Positions 35,608 through 44,621 are shown, counted from the first letter of the stretch. The stretch is DNA of 58,225 nt from Gemmatimonadota bacterium (GCA_050257455.1 JBLMWX010000164.1:1-58225), one strand, 5' to 3'. Translations and numbers: made by a program. The notes: generated from the letters alone by a model not told the origin.

Positions 35608-36952
35608 GGACCGGCGCGAACGCGTCGGGGGGCAGCCGGCGCAGGTAGCCCGGCAGGGCGGACGACTCCTGCGGGCCGACGAGGACACGCCAGCGCGAGA
35701 GTTCCTCGACGCGCCCGGACAGGCGCGCCACCATTCCCGGGACGATGAGGGTCCGGTGCGCGACCGCGGAGGCGATGCCGCTCTCGGCGAGGATCCGGGC
35801 GATGCTCTCGCCGGTGAACTTTCCGGCGGCCCACGCCGTCAGCACCGACATCCCGTCGCACTCCGCGATCAGCAGGTGCGCCGGGACCTTGGATGCCTCC
35901 ACGTCGCTGCGGACCGTGAAGAAGGTGAGGGAGAAATTCGTCGTGACGATCACCGGCGAAGCGGCCGTCGGTGCCCCGACCGGGTAGATCCCCGGCTCCA
36001 CCTGGATGGGGCGCTGGGGATCCGTGAAGATGTTCTGGCGCAGCGTGAGCAGGGGGAAGACGTCGGCAGGGTCCGCGGTGTCGAGGACGAGGAGGGAGCC
36101 GTATTTCGGGATGAGGACGGCGGCGGCGGCGAAGGGGAAGGGGAAATCCCCGCCCAGGTCGAATGCCGTCGGGTACGCCATGTCCGCCGCGCGGTGCGCG
36201 ATCGCCAGTCGGCGGATCGCGACGGACGCCGCGACCGCCTCCGGAACCGTGGCGGCGGACGGGTCGGCGACGAGCTCGCGGGCCCCCGCCGCGCGGGCCG
36301 CGGCCAGGCCCGCGGCAAGGCCGGAGAGCCCCCGGGCCTTGACGATCAGCGGCAGGCCGCGCGACCCCGCGAGCCGCGCCCCCGCCTCCGTTTCCCCCGG
36401 CGGGGGAGCGAGGATCGGGCGCGACGGCCCCACCGCTTCGACCGCCGCCGCAAGCGCGTCGCACGGGGCCAGAAGAACGAGCGGCTTCCCCGCTCCCGCG
36501 AGGGCGGCGGCCGCGACGGCGGCGTAGCGGCGGGGGTCGCCCGACCGGTGCCGCACGGCGACGCAATCGACCGCGAGGCGCTGTCCCACCCGCTCGAACG
36601 CGAGGGTCCGGATCGCCGCCACGCGTTCCCGCAGCGCGTCCTCCCCGAGGTCGTCGGCGACGGAGACGGCGATCGCCGTGGGGTGGTAGAAGGTCTTCTC
36701 GTGCCGGAAGAGGACGATCTCGTCCCCGAGGACGACGGCGCCGTCCCCGGTCCCGACCGTCACGCGCGGCAGCGGCGGCGCGGCGGCCTTTCCGAGCGTC
36801 TCCTTCGCCTCCGGCGACGCGGGCGGGCACCGGTCGATCCCGGCCTTCCCCGCGGCCAGCTGCATCGCGAACGCGAGGCACGTGGGGAAGCCGCACTCCC
36901 GGCAGTTGGTCTTCGGGAGCAGCTTGTAGATGTCGATCGCGGTCAGCGCCAC
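35600..36952 (-). CDS. acsC: Corrinoid iron-sulfur protein large subunit AcsC (CdhE-like)
   Basis: GTG 36952. N-terminal 4Fe-4S motif LPKTNCRECGFPTCLAFAMQLA. C-terminal B12-binding region. Confidence 0.85.
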   Translation of the reverse strand: MALTAIDIYKLLPKTNCRECGFPTCLAFAMQLAAGKAGIDRCPPASPEAKETLGKAAAPPLPRVTVGTGDGAVVLGDEIVLFRHEKTFYHPTAIAVSVADDLGEDALRERVAAIRTLAFERVGQRLAVDCVAVRHRSGDPRRYAAVAAAALAGAGKPLVLLAPCDALAAAVEAVGPSRPILAPPPGETEAGARLAGSRGLPLIVKARGLSGLAAGLAAARAAGARELVADPSAATVPEAVAASVAIRRLAIAHRAADMAYPTAFDLGGDFPFPFAAAAVLIPKYGSLLVLDTADPADVFPLLTLRQNIFTDPQRPIQVEPGIYPVGAPTAASPVIVTTNFSLTFFTVRSDVEASKVPAHLLIAECDGMSVLTAWAAGKFTGESIARILAESGIASAVAHRTLIVPGMVARLSGRVEELSRWRVLVGPQESSALPGYLRRLPPDAFAPVHE

Positions 36953-37863
36953 GCGTGCCTCCCGAGCGCGGTCACGGTTTCGGGGTGCCGGCAGACGACG
37001 AGGTCCGCGCCCGCGGCCAGGCACGCCCACCCCGTTGCCTCCTCCCAGCGGCGGCCCCGGGCGTCGACGTCCCCCCATCCCGTCTCCGACGCGTCGATGG
37101 CCTCGCGGGCCTTCCACGCGTCGCCCAGGTGGCAGAGGATCGGGCGGTCGAGCATCGCGTCCCCGGACAGCCCGGCGAGCCGGATCCGCTCGACGATCGA
37201 GTACGTGTATTCCAGGCCGTACCCGAGCCCCCCGGTCAGCGGGTCGATCAGGACCCGCTCCGGGGGAAACCCCGTGTCCGACAGGAGGAGATTGACCTGC
37301 TTCGCCATGTTGATGTCGATGGGCGACCACGCGACAACCCCGTGTCCATAGGCCATCGCGGCGCCCGCCAGGAGGCGGTAGTTCTTCTCGTCCGCGTACG
37401 ACAGGAAAACCGGCCGCGGGGCGGCCTCCGCCACGGCCGGGAACAGCGTCGCGTCGACGGCGTCGTCGCCGGAGCCGCCGACGATCACCGGGTGCGGGAC
37501 GGCAGCGAGCACCCGGCGCGCCGTCTCCGCGCCCTCGGACACGGTCCGGCCGCCGCCGTCCGGGTGGCAGCCCGACAGGGAGAGAAACAGGAACCGGGCG
37601 CCGCACTCCAGCGCGAAGAAGCGTGCCAGCGCGACGGGGTCGTCCGCCCGGTCCCCGTACGCCCGCGCGAGCGACGGCGGCAGGTCGCCGACTTCGGTGC
37701 GGATCTCCAGCCCCACGGCGGCGGGGTTCGGAACGTCGCCCTCCGGGAGGAGGGGGAGGACGTTCTGCCCGCCCACGGTCAGGGGATGTCCTCCCGTGGC
37801 CGCGGGGAGAGTCACCGGCAGGACGCGGCCCGGAAAGCGCTGCTCGGGGAACGGGACGCTCAC
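36943..37863 (-). CDS. acsD: Corrinoid iron-sulfur protein small subunit AcsD (CdhD-like)
   Basis: GTG 37863 overlaps the acsB stop (GTGA). TIM-barrel-like sequence, GGLGYGLEYTYS motif. The rest of tracked ORF 36943-40353 lies out of frame over acsB and is an artefact. Confidence 0.8.
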   Translation of the reverse strand: MSVPFPEQRFPGRVLPVTLPAATGGHPLTVGGQNVLPLLPEGDVPNPAAVGLEIRTEVGDLPPSLARAYGDRADDPVALARFFALECGARFLFLSLSGCHPDGGGRTVSEGAETARRVLAAVPHPVIVGGSGDDAVDATLFPAVAEAAPRPVFLSYADEKNYRLLAGAAMAYGHGVVAWSPIDINMAKQVNLLLSDTGFPPERVLIDPLTGGLGYGLEYTYSIVERIRLAGLSGDAMLDRPILCHLGDAWKAREAIDASETGWGDVDARGRRWEEATGWACLAAGADLVVCRHPETVTALGRHAWR

Positions 37864-39980
37864 AGGAGCGGGCCCATCGAAAGCGCCGGATGGCCGACCT
37901 TCTTCAGGTATTCGACGAGCGACTCGGGCGAAAGCGCGACGGACTCGTCGGCGATCTTGTCGACGAGCCCGGGAACGCCGATCTCCTCGGCGCGCTTCCG
38001 AAGGGCCGGCCCGAGCTGCTCCTTCATCTCCCGGGTCATCCAGACGAGCCGCGGGAGGCCCCCCTCGGCCGCGAGGAACTTGCGGCTCAGGAGGTACTGC
38101 TTGCCCACCCCCATGAACCCGGGCGTCTGGACGCCTCCGCCCACCGATCCGGCGAGGGTCGAGAACCCCATCCCGCACGGCGTCTCGGACCCCGTGAACT
38201 CGCGGTTGACCGCCATGACCCCGTTGGCCTCGGGGATGACCGCCAGGACGCACTCGAAGCAGCCGCACGACGTCATCGGCGCGTCCATGATCGAGTAGAG
38301 GTTGAATCCGGGCACCGTGTTCCTCGACTGTTCCCGCACGAAGGCGTTGACCCGCTCCCACGCTCCCTTGACGGGATCGAGCACCGCGCCCTTCGCGACG
38401 GGCTGGTTCGGCCCCGTCGGGGTGATCTCGTGGCTCGCCTTTCCGTCGAGCCAGCTGATGGCGCCGCAGAGCCCCAGCCGCTCGGGCGTGACGATGCAGA
38501 CGTGGTTCGGGGCGAACGACTGGCACAGCGTGCACGAGTAGAATTCGGAGACGGCGTCGTCGGTGAGGGTCCGCGCCCGGGCGTCCCGGTCCGCGTAGAT
38601 CGCCCGCGCCCCGGCGAGGCCGGCCTGGACCTCCTCCCCGCGGGTGGTGATGGAGACCGACACCTTGTCGACGATGTTCTCGAAGTCCGCGAGCATCCGA
38701 GCCCTGACCATCGTGCCGAGATCGCGGAGGGTGAATCCCCTGGCGGCCGCCTCGTCGGAGATCCGGATCCACGTCGTGTCGCGCTGGGCGACGTGCATCG
38801 TCCCCTCCCCGTAGTTGACGATCCGGTGAATGCGGCGCTCGAGGACCGATTCGAAGTCCTTCTGCATCCTCGCCCCGGCGACGGTCACGACGAGCGCCAG
38901 CGGGAGGGCGCCCCCCCGCGGAGCGTCGGGAATGTCGGGGCCCGACACGGCGATCTCGCCGTCCCGCACGTCCGCAAGGGGGGCGGTGACGACGAGCTCG
39001 TAGGCGGCCGTCCGTCCCCCGCCGAACTCGACGCGCGTGTCCGACTTCCGGATCCGCTCCCCCTCGTACGCGGGCCCGAAGGCGATCGGGATCGGGATCT
39101 TGACGATCTTCGCCTTGATCCCGCGCGCCTCGATCCCGGCCCGCGCCATCGCCTCGCCGGCGGGCCGCGACAGGAGCAGGCCGGGGATCTCGGGAACCGG
39201 CTGGTCCGACAGGACGGTGAGCCCCGCCTTCATCGCGCCCGCCGCGATCGCCAGAGACACGTCGTCCGCGGGCCCGAGCGCGCACACGAACGCCCGGATG
39301 CGGTTCGCAAGGTACGAGAGCATCGCGTCGGCCTGCCCGCGGCCGAGGCCCCCGAAGGTCAGTCCTGCCCGGACCGCGAAATTGACGGCATGGATGACCG
39401 CCGGCAGGGGCCCGAGCGGGAACGTCCGGAAATCCTCCCCCTGCTTGACGCCCGCCGCCTCCATCTGGCCGGCCACGTCGCCCGCGAGGAACACGAGGAG
39501 CCCGATTTCCTGGAAATCCCGGATCATCGCGGCGGCCGCGGCAGGGTCCGATGCCTTCCCGACGACGACGGCGACGCCCGGGACGGAGCCGTCGACCATG
39601 AAGATCCCGAGCTTCCGCAACACCGGGTCCGGGATGAATCCGACGGCGGGCGGCGGGTACGGATTCCCCGCCTCGTGCGAGAGCGCTCCCAGAACCTCCG
39701 CGGCGAGGAGGGTCGCGGCGCCGGCATTGAGGGCGTTCTCCGCCGAGGGGGTGTCCGCGACGAGCCGCTCCGCGAGCTCGAGGACGGGGACGGCATCCGC
39801 CAGCGTGGCGACCCGGATGTCGGAGAGGCCGAAGACGACCGGCAGCTCGTACGCCGTCTCCGGGTAGCGGAGCGGCGCCCCGGGGCCGCGGGCCTCCGTC
39901 CGGGCGCGCAAGGTATCCCGGGCCAGGGAGAGAACCGTCCTGGCTCCCCGGATGCAGGAGGAAAACAGCCCTTCGGTCAT
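37860..39980 (-). CDS. acsB: Acetyl-CoA synthase catalytic subunit AcsB (bacterial long form with N-terminal domain)
   Basis: RBS AAGGAG 8 nt upstream. A-cluster region CTLCQSFAPNHVC ... MTSCGCFEC. 706 aa. Confidence 0.9.
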   Translation of the reverse strand: MTEGLFSSCIRGARTVLSLARDTLRARTEARGPGAPLRYPETAYELPVVFGLSDIRVATLADAVPVLELAERLVADTPSAENALNAGAATLLAAEVLGALSHEAGNPYPPPAVGFIPDPVLRKLGIFMVDGSVPGVAVVVGKASDPAAAAAMIRDFQEIGLLVFLAGDVAGQMEAAGVKQGEDFRTFPLGPLPAVIHAVNFAVRAGLTFGGLGRGQADAMLSYLANRIRAFVCALGPADDVSLAIAAGAMKAGLTVLSDQPVPEIPGLLLSRPAGEAMARAGIEARGIKAKIVKIPIPIAFGPAYEGERIRKSDTRVEFGGGRTAAYELVVTAPLADVRDGEIAVSGPDIPDAPRGGALPLALVVTVAGARMQKDFESVLERRIHRIVNYGEGTMHVAQRDTTWIRISDEAAARGFTLRDLGTMVRARMLADFENIVDKVSVSITTRGEEVQAGLAGARAIYADRDARARTLTDDAVSEFYSCTLCQSFAPNHVCIVTPERLGLCGAISWLDGKASHEITPTGPNQPVAKGAVLDPVKGAWERVNAFVREQSRNTVPGFNLYSIMDAPMTSCGCFECVLAVIPEANGVMAVNREFTGSETPCGMGFSTLAGSVGGGVQTPGFMGVGKQYLLSRKFLAAEGGLPRLVWMTREMKEQLGPALRKRAEEIGVPGLVDKIADESVALSPESLVEYLKKVGHPALSMGPLL

Positions 39981-40146
39981 CTCGTGCGCTCCTTGTTCGC
40001 GAGGCGGGAAGTGGGGGACATCGGAAAATTGTAACCCGGGGCGCGGCCCGCCTCGAAAAAAAACGCGCCGGGCCCGGGGGGCGTCGCGGGCGCCGCCGCC
40101 GGAGGGCGGCGCGGCCGGGCCCGGGGTCGTCCGTTGGTCTCATTTG

Positions 40147-40160
40147 CGACAAAGATGTCG
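40147..40160. promoter_or_regulatory. Palindrome CGACA-AAGA-TGTCG, candidate enhancer-binding-protein site
   Basis: Lies in an AT-richer patch about 75-90 bp upstream of the amtB sigma-54 element. Confidence 0.3.
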
Positions 40161-40233
40161 AAAATGGATCCTTCTTGTATCGCCGAAGTCCCGGCCTGCC
40201 GGAAATCTCCTTCCGCGCCGCCGCCCGCGCCTC

Positions 40234-40249
40234 CGGCACGCCCGTTGCT
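40234..40249 (+). promoter_or_regulatory. Sigma-54 promoter (CGGCACG-CCCG-TTGCT) for amtB
   Basis: 15 of 16 positions match TGGCACG-N4-TTGCW. It lies about 50 nt upstream of ATG 40298. Confidence 0.65.
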
Positions 40250-40297
40250 GCGACCCGGCGTGGAGTCGGCACCCCATCAACGAAGGAGGAGACGGAC

Positions 40298-41518
40298 ATG
40301 AACGCGGGCGACACGGCGTGGCTGCTGCTCTCGGCGGCTCTCGTCATGATCATGACCCCCGGCCTGGCGCTGTTCTACGGGGGGATGGTCCGCAGGAAGA
40401 ACATCCTCGGAACCATCATGCAGTCGTTCATCATCATCGGGGTCATCAGCGTGGAGTGGATCCTCGTCGGGTACAGCATGGCCTTCGGGCCCGACCGGGG
40501 CCACGTCATCGGCGACCTCTCCTGGTTCGGTCTCGCCGGCGTCGGGCTTGCCCCCTTCGCCGGGTACGCGGCGACGGTTCCCCACCAGGCATTCATGATC
40601 TACCAGATGATGTTCGCCGTCATCACGCCGGCGCTCATCACGGGGGCATTCGCCGAGCGGTTCAGGTTTTCGACGTTTCTCGTCTTCACCGCCCTGTGGG
40701 CGCTCCTGGTCTACAACCCGGTCGCGCACTGGGTCTGGGGAATCGGCGGCTGGATCCGGAACCTCGGGGCGCTCGATTTCGCCGGGGGGACCGTCGTCCA
40801 CATCACCTCGGGGGCGAGCGCCCTCGCGGCGGCCCTCGTCGTCGGGAAGCGGAAGGGATTCGGCGCCGAGAACATGGCGCCCCACAACCTGCCCATGACG
40901 GTGCTCGGCGCGGCCATCCTCTGGTTCGGGTGGTTCGGCTTCAACGCGGGGAGCGCGCTCGCGGCGGGCGCGCTTTCGACGAGCGCCTTCGTGGCGACCC
41001 ACGCGGCGGCGGCCGCGGCGACGCTGTCGTGGGTCGCCGCCGAGTGGGTCCACCGGGGAAAGCCCACGGTCCTCGGCGCGGCCTCCGGCTGCGTCGCCGG
41101 GCTGGTCGCGATCACGCCCGCCTCCGGCTTCGTCACGCCGCTCGGCGCGCTCCTGGTCGGCGTCCTGGCCGGGGCTGCGTGCTACAGCGCCGTCATGCTC
41201 AAGGGGCGGCTGGGATACGATGACTCCCTCGACGTGGTCGGCGTCCACTGCGTCGGCGGGACGCTGGGCGCCCTGGCCACCGGGCTGCTGGCGACGACGG
41301 CCGTCAACGCGTCGGGGGCCGACGGCCTCTTCTACGGGAATGCGAGGCTCCTCGCGGTGCAGGCGCTCGCCGCCGGCGTCTCCCTCGTCTACTCCTTCGG
41401 GGTGAGCTGGCTCCTCCTCGCGCTCCTCGACAAGACGCTGGGGCTGCGGGTCTCGACGGAAGACGAGGTGATGGGTCTCGACCTGACCCAGCACGGGGAG
41501 TCCGGCTACAACTGGTAG
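40298..41518 (+). CDS. amtB: Ammonium transporter AmtB
   Basis: RBS AAGGAGGA. DTAWLLLSAALVMIMTPGLALFYGG, FAGGTVVHITSG, VHCVGG. Confidence 0.9.
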   Translation: MNAGDTAWLLLSAALVMIMTPGLALFYGGMVRRKNILGTIMQSFIIIGVISVEWILVGYSMAFGPDRGHVIGDLSWFGLAGVGLAPFAGYAATVPHQAFMIYQMMFAVITPALITGAFAERFRFSTFLVFTALWALLVYNPVAHWVWGIGGWIRNLGALDFAGGTVVHITSGASALAAALVVGKRKGFGAENMAPHNLPMTVLGAAILWFGWFGFNAGSALAAGALSTSAFVATHAAAAAATLSWVAAEWVHRGKPTVLGAASGCVAGLVAITPASGFVTPLGALLVGVLAGAACYSAVMLKGRLGYDDSLDVVGVHCVGGTLGALATGLLATTAVNASGADGLFYGNARLLAVQALAAGVSLVYSFGVSWLLLALLDKTLGLRVSTEDEVMGLDLTQHGESGYNW

Positions 41519-41580
41519 CCGCGCGGCGGTTCGCGGGTCCTCCGGCAAGGTGATGGGGGCCGACCGCGCCTTCCGGAGGG

Positions 41581-41614
41581 GCGGGCGCCGGGAGACCGGC
41601 GCCCGCTTCGTTTC
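41581..41614 (+). terminator. Rho-independent terminator after amtB
   Basis: 11-bp stem GCGGGCGCCGG / CCGGCGCCCGC, loop GAGA, then TTCGTTTC. Confidence 0.7.
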
Positions 41615-41670
41615 AATCGGGCTGCCCCGCGACCGCCGGCGGGGGACACTCCTCGAGGACGGCCCCGCGA

Positions 41671-42546
41671 CTACTGCATGAGGGCCGCGTTGCGGTTGGA
41701 GAGCTCGACGAGGGCTTCCCCCCCCCGGACGGACAGGGGGATGTCCCAGATGATCTGGCGGTTCTTGTAGAGCATCCGGCCATACAGGAAATAGAGACCG
41801 TTCGTAAGCTTCATCCTGGCGGTCCCGTCCGGAGCGACGGAGACGTTCTCGATCCGGATTCCCTTCATGGAATCGTCGACCACGTTCGAGGCGTGCAGGT
41901 CCTGCTCCTTCGCGATGACCAGGTTCGTGACGAGATCGTAGTAGAGGCTCTTGTAGAGGAGCTCGTACTTGTCCACGGTTGCCGCCAGGGTCGCGATTTC
42001 CGTCTTCGGCATGCGCGCCACGATCCGCCACCCCTTCGGGGAGAACCGGTCGGTCGGAGACAGGGCGAGATAGGCGTGGATGTCCTCGGACCGTTTCCCG
42101 ATCCGGTCGACGGCCCCCTCGTGGGCCCGCTCGGCCGGGCTCTTTCCGTCGGGGAACTGGAACTCCTTCGGGTCCACGTTGAGCACGTAGAGGCGGGTCG
42201 ATCCCCCGACCACGAACCCCTCGGCCTCGAGGTAGAAGCCGATCTTGACGTTGACGGTCCCCTCCTTGGGAGGGAGCGGGCTGTCCGGCGCGGTCGTGAG
42301 GATCTCGAGGATATTGCTCCGGCGGCGCCAGTTGATCTTGGTGTGGGCGTAGTTCTCGAGGATCCACGCGGGGACGTAGACGTCGTCCTTCACGGCGATC
42401 GCCCTCGCATCGAGCGGAAGCCCGTCCACGATGATGGCGATCTTTCCCTCCTCGGCCGCCGACGGCGTGCCGATCGAGAGGAGCGCGGCGAGGACGAGCG
42501 GCAGACGAAGGTCCGGACGGCGTCCGGGCCGAACGGGGCGCGGCAT
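41671..42546 (-). CDS. Secreted hypothetical protein (N-terminal copper-amine-oxidase-N-like stalk motif)
   Basis: ATG 42546 follows GGGAGG. Signal peptide LVLAALLSIGTPSAA. IIVDGLPLDARAIAVKDDVYVPAWILE. Visibly lower GC than the flanks. Confidence 0.6.
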   Translation of the reverse strand: MPRPVRPGRRPDLRLPLVLAALLSIGTPSAAEEGKIAIIVDGLPLDARAIAVKDDVYVPAWILENYAHTKINWRRRSNILEILTTAPDSPLPPKEGTVNVKIGFYLEAEGFVVGGSTRLYVLNVDPKEFQFPDGKSPAERAHEGAVDRIGKRSEDIHAYLALSPTDRFSPKGWRIVARMPKTEIATLAATVDKYELLYKSLYYDLVTNLVIAKEQDLHASNVVDDSMKGIRIENVSVAPDGTARMKLTNGLYFLYGRMLYKNRQIIWDIPLSVRGGEALVELSNRNAALMQ

Positions 42547-42569
42547 GCTGACCTCCCGGGTTCGAGACG

Positions 42570-43727
42570 TTAGCGGTAAACCGTCATCGCGTAGCGCCGC
42601 CGGGACTTGTGGCGGGTCGCCAGCTCGAGAAAACGGTCCGTCCGGATCCGGTCCAATGATACGTCCATCCCGTGCTTCGCGAAACACTCTTTTAGGTGGT
42701 CGAAATTGTCGATGAGGTGGACGGCGGCCGAATTGTAGCCGTAATTGAGGATCTGGACCCGCTCGGCGAAATTCATGCTTCCGTACAGGAACAGGTTCGA
42801 CTCCATCGGGGCCGGCTCGAGAAGGACGATGTCGGTCTCCGGGTTCCGGCAACGGTGGAGTTCCATGGCGAGCTCGAGCTTGACCCTCGTGTTGATCCGG
42901 AACGTCTGCTCCGCGATGTTCGCGAAGCCGGTCTCCGTGATGGAACTGCAGTTTCCCGTCACCGTCGGGATGCAGACGACGGTGCGGTCGTTGTAGACGG
43001 GGACCGTCGGGTTGATCATGAGCACGAAGTCGGCCCCCGCGGCGATGGGGATGTCCATGTGCCCGGCCCGCTCCGCCGCTCCGTCCACGAAATATCGGTC
43101 GCGGATGCGCACCGGCTCGAAGAAGACGGGGATGGCGGACGACGCCTGGACGGCAAGCGAGACGGGGATGTCGGACAGGCCGTTTCCGCCGAAGACCCAT
43201 CGCTCGCCCGTGTCGATCTCGGTGGCCACGATGAAGAGTTCCCGGGACAGGAGGCGGAAATCGTTGGTCCGGCCGCCCTCCGAGAGGATGCGCCGCACGT
43301 ACCGCTCCAGGTTGGCGTTCGAGAAGAAGCCCGCCGGGAGGTACTGGAGGAACAGCGACACGGCGTTGAGGAACGTGACGGGCTGGCCCTCGCGGCGGAG
43401 GTAGCGGACGGCGGGCCGGATGCTGCGGAGGAAGTTCCACGCGGCGCGGACGAACGGTCCGAACCGCAGGTCGTAGATATCCCCGCGCTCGAGCACGAGG
43501 CGGTGGCCCCGCTCCCCGAGGATCGCCTTGCACATGTCGGCGACCGGGATCCCGTTGGCCAGGAACGCGGCGAGAAGGCTTCCGGCGCTGATTCCCACGA
43601 AGATGTCGAAGTCGCGGGTCCGCCGGCCTCGGACGATGAAATCCTCCAGGGCGGACAGCACGCCGAGCTCGTAAACGCCTCCCGTGATCCCGCCGCCGCC
43701 GAGGATGAGCGCCGCCTTCCCGTCCAC
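42570..43727 (-). CDS. Patatin-like phospholipase
   Basis: GGGGITGG oxyanion motif, GISAGS nucleophile, FVDGAA catalytic Asp. The GTG start was chosen without a clear RBS, so the start is uncertain. Confidence 0.75.
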   Translation of the reverse strand: MDGKAALILGGGGITGGVYELGVLSALEDFIVRGRRTRDFDIFVGISAGSLLAAFLANGIPVADMCKAILGERGHRLVLERGDIYDLRFGPFVRAAWNFLRSIRPAVRYLRREGQPVTFLNAVSLFLQYLPAGFFSNANLERYVRRILSEGGRTNDFRLLSRELFIVATEIDTGERWVFGGNGLSDIPVSLAVQASSAIPVFFEPVRIRDRYFVDGAAERAGHMDIPIAAGADFVLMINPTVPVYNDRTVVCIPTVTGNCSSITETGFANIAEQTFRINTRVKLELAMELHRCRNPETDIVLLEPAPMESNLFLYGSMNFAERVQILNYGYNSAAVHLIDNFDHLKECFAKHGMDVSLDRIRTDRFLELATRHKSRRRYAMTVYR

Positions 43728-43835
43728 GGCTAACAGGATAGGGATTCGGCGCCGCGGGTGCAAGGGAGGAAGCCTTTTGTGGTATTGTGGGCGTCTGTGG
43801 CGGGGCGGGGGCGGGACGGACGGACCATTTCGGAG

Positions 43836-44621
43836 ATGACGAAGCGGCTGCTGTTCCTTTTTGCGCACCCGGACGACGAGACGTTCGGCCCCGGGGGAAC
43901 GATCGCCCGGTACGCGAGCGAGGGAGCGGACGTCTTCCTGGTCTCGGCGACCCGGGGCGAGGCGGGGATGGTCGGGGATCCGCCGGTCGCCGACCGGGAA
44001 CGTCTCGGGGAGGTGCGGGCCGCCGAGCTCTCGAGGGCGGCGGCGATCCTCGGCGCCCGGGACGTCGCCTTCCTGGGATTTGAGGACGGGCGGCTCGCCG
44101 CCACGCCGCGCGAGAGGATCGTGGAGAAGGCGGTGGCGGCGATTCGCCGGGTCAGGCCCCAGGTCATGGTCGGTTTCGGACCCGGGGGGGTGTCGCGCCA
44201 CCCCGACCACGTCGTGATGTCGGCCGTCGCCTCCGAGGCGTTCGACGCCGCCGCGGACCCGTCCCGGTTCCCCGACCAGCTCGCCGGCGGGCTGCGCCCC
44301 TGGGCTCCCGCGAAGCTGTACCAGTTCGAGGTCGCCGCGGACATCTTCGAGAGGTGGGGCGTCCCGTTCGCCGGCGTCCCCCGGGACCGCCTCACCGCGT
44401 CGATCGACACCGCGGCGTACGTCGACCGGAAGATCGAGGCGTTCAAGGCCCACCGGACGCAGCAGAAGGACGTCGCGCGGATCCTGTCCCGCGACGGCTA
44501 CCGGGACGCCGCGGGAGAGGAGACGTACGTGCTGGCGAAGACGCGCCTGCCGCGGCCGACCCGGCGCGAGCGGGACCTGTTCGACGGAATTCCCGGGGAA
44601 GGCAACCGGGGGCGCCGGTGA
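43836..44621 (+). CDS. PIG-L/LmbE-family deacetylase
   Basis: MTKRLLFLFAHPDDE, HPDH, AHRTQ. Confidence 0.8.
   Translation: MTKRLLFLFAHPDDETFGPGGTIARYASEGADVFLVSATRGEAGMVGDPPVADRERLGEVRAAELSRAAAILGARDVAFLGFEDGRLAATPRERIVEKAVAAIRRVRPQVMVGFGPGGVSRHPDHVVMSAVASEAFDAAADPSRFPDQLAGGLRPWAPAKLYQFEVAADIFERWGVPFAGVPRDRLTASIDTAAYVDRKIEAFKAHRTQQKDVARILSRDGYRDAAGEETYVLAKTRLPRPTRRERDLFDGIPGEGNRGRR

Noticed and set aside
40036-40080. An A8/T8 tract flanked by GC-rich partial inverted repeats, considered as an intrinsic terminator or attenuator in the acsB leader
   Set aside because: On the minus strand the T8 run would sit inside the loop of the only reasonable stem (GGCGCG/CGCGCC). The preceding CCGGGCCCGG palindrome cannot fold, because its loop would be only 2 nt. 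No upstream gene needs termination here. It could still be an UP-like or bending element, but I cannot support a call.
37864-40353. The upstream 830 codons of tracked ORF 36943-40353 (1136 aa)
   Set aside because: Only the last 306 codons (AcsD) look like protein. The remainder overlaps acsB in another frame and is compositionally junk. A GTG at 37863 overlapping the acsB stop is the plausible acsD start.
42570-43727. The patatin gene as a CBASS-type (CapV-like) anti-phage effector
   Set aside because: No CD-NTase, cyclase, SAVED, TIR or other sensor gene is adjacent. The only co-transcribed partner is a signal-peptide protein.
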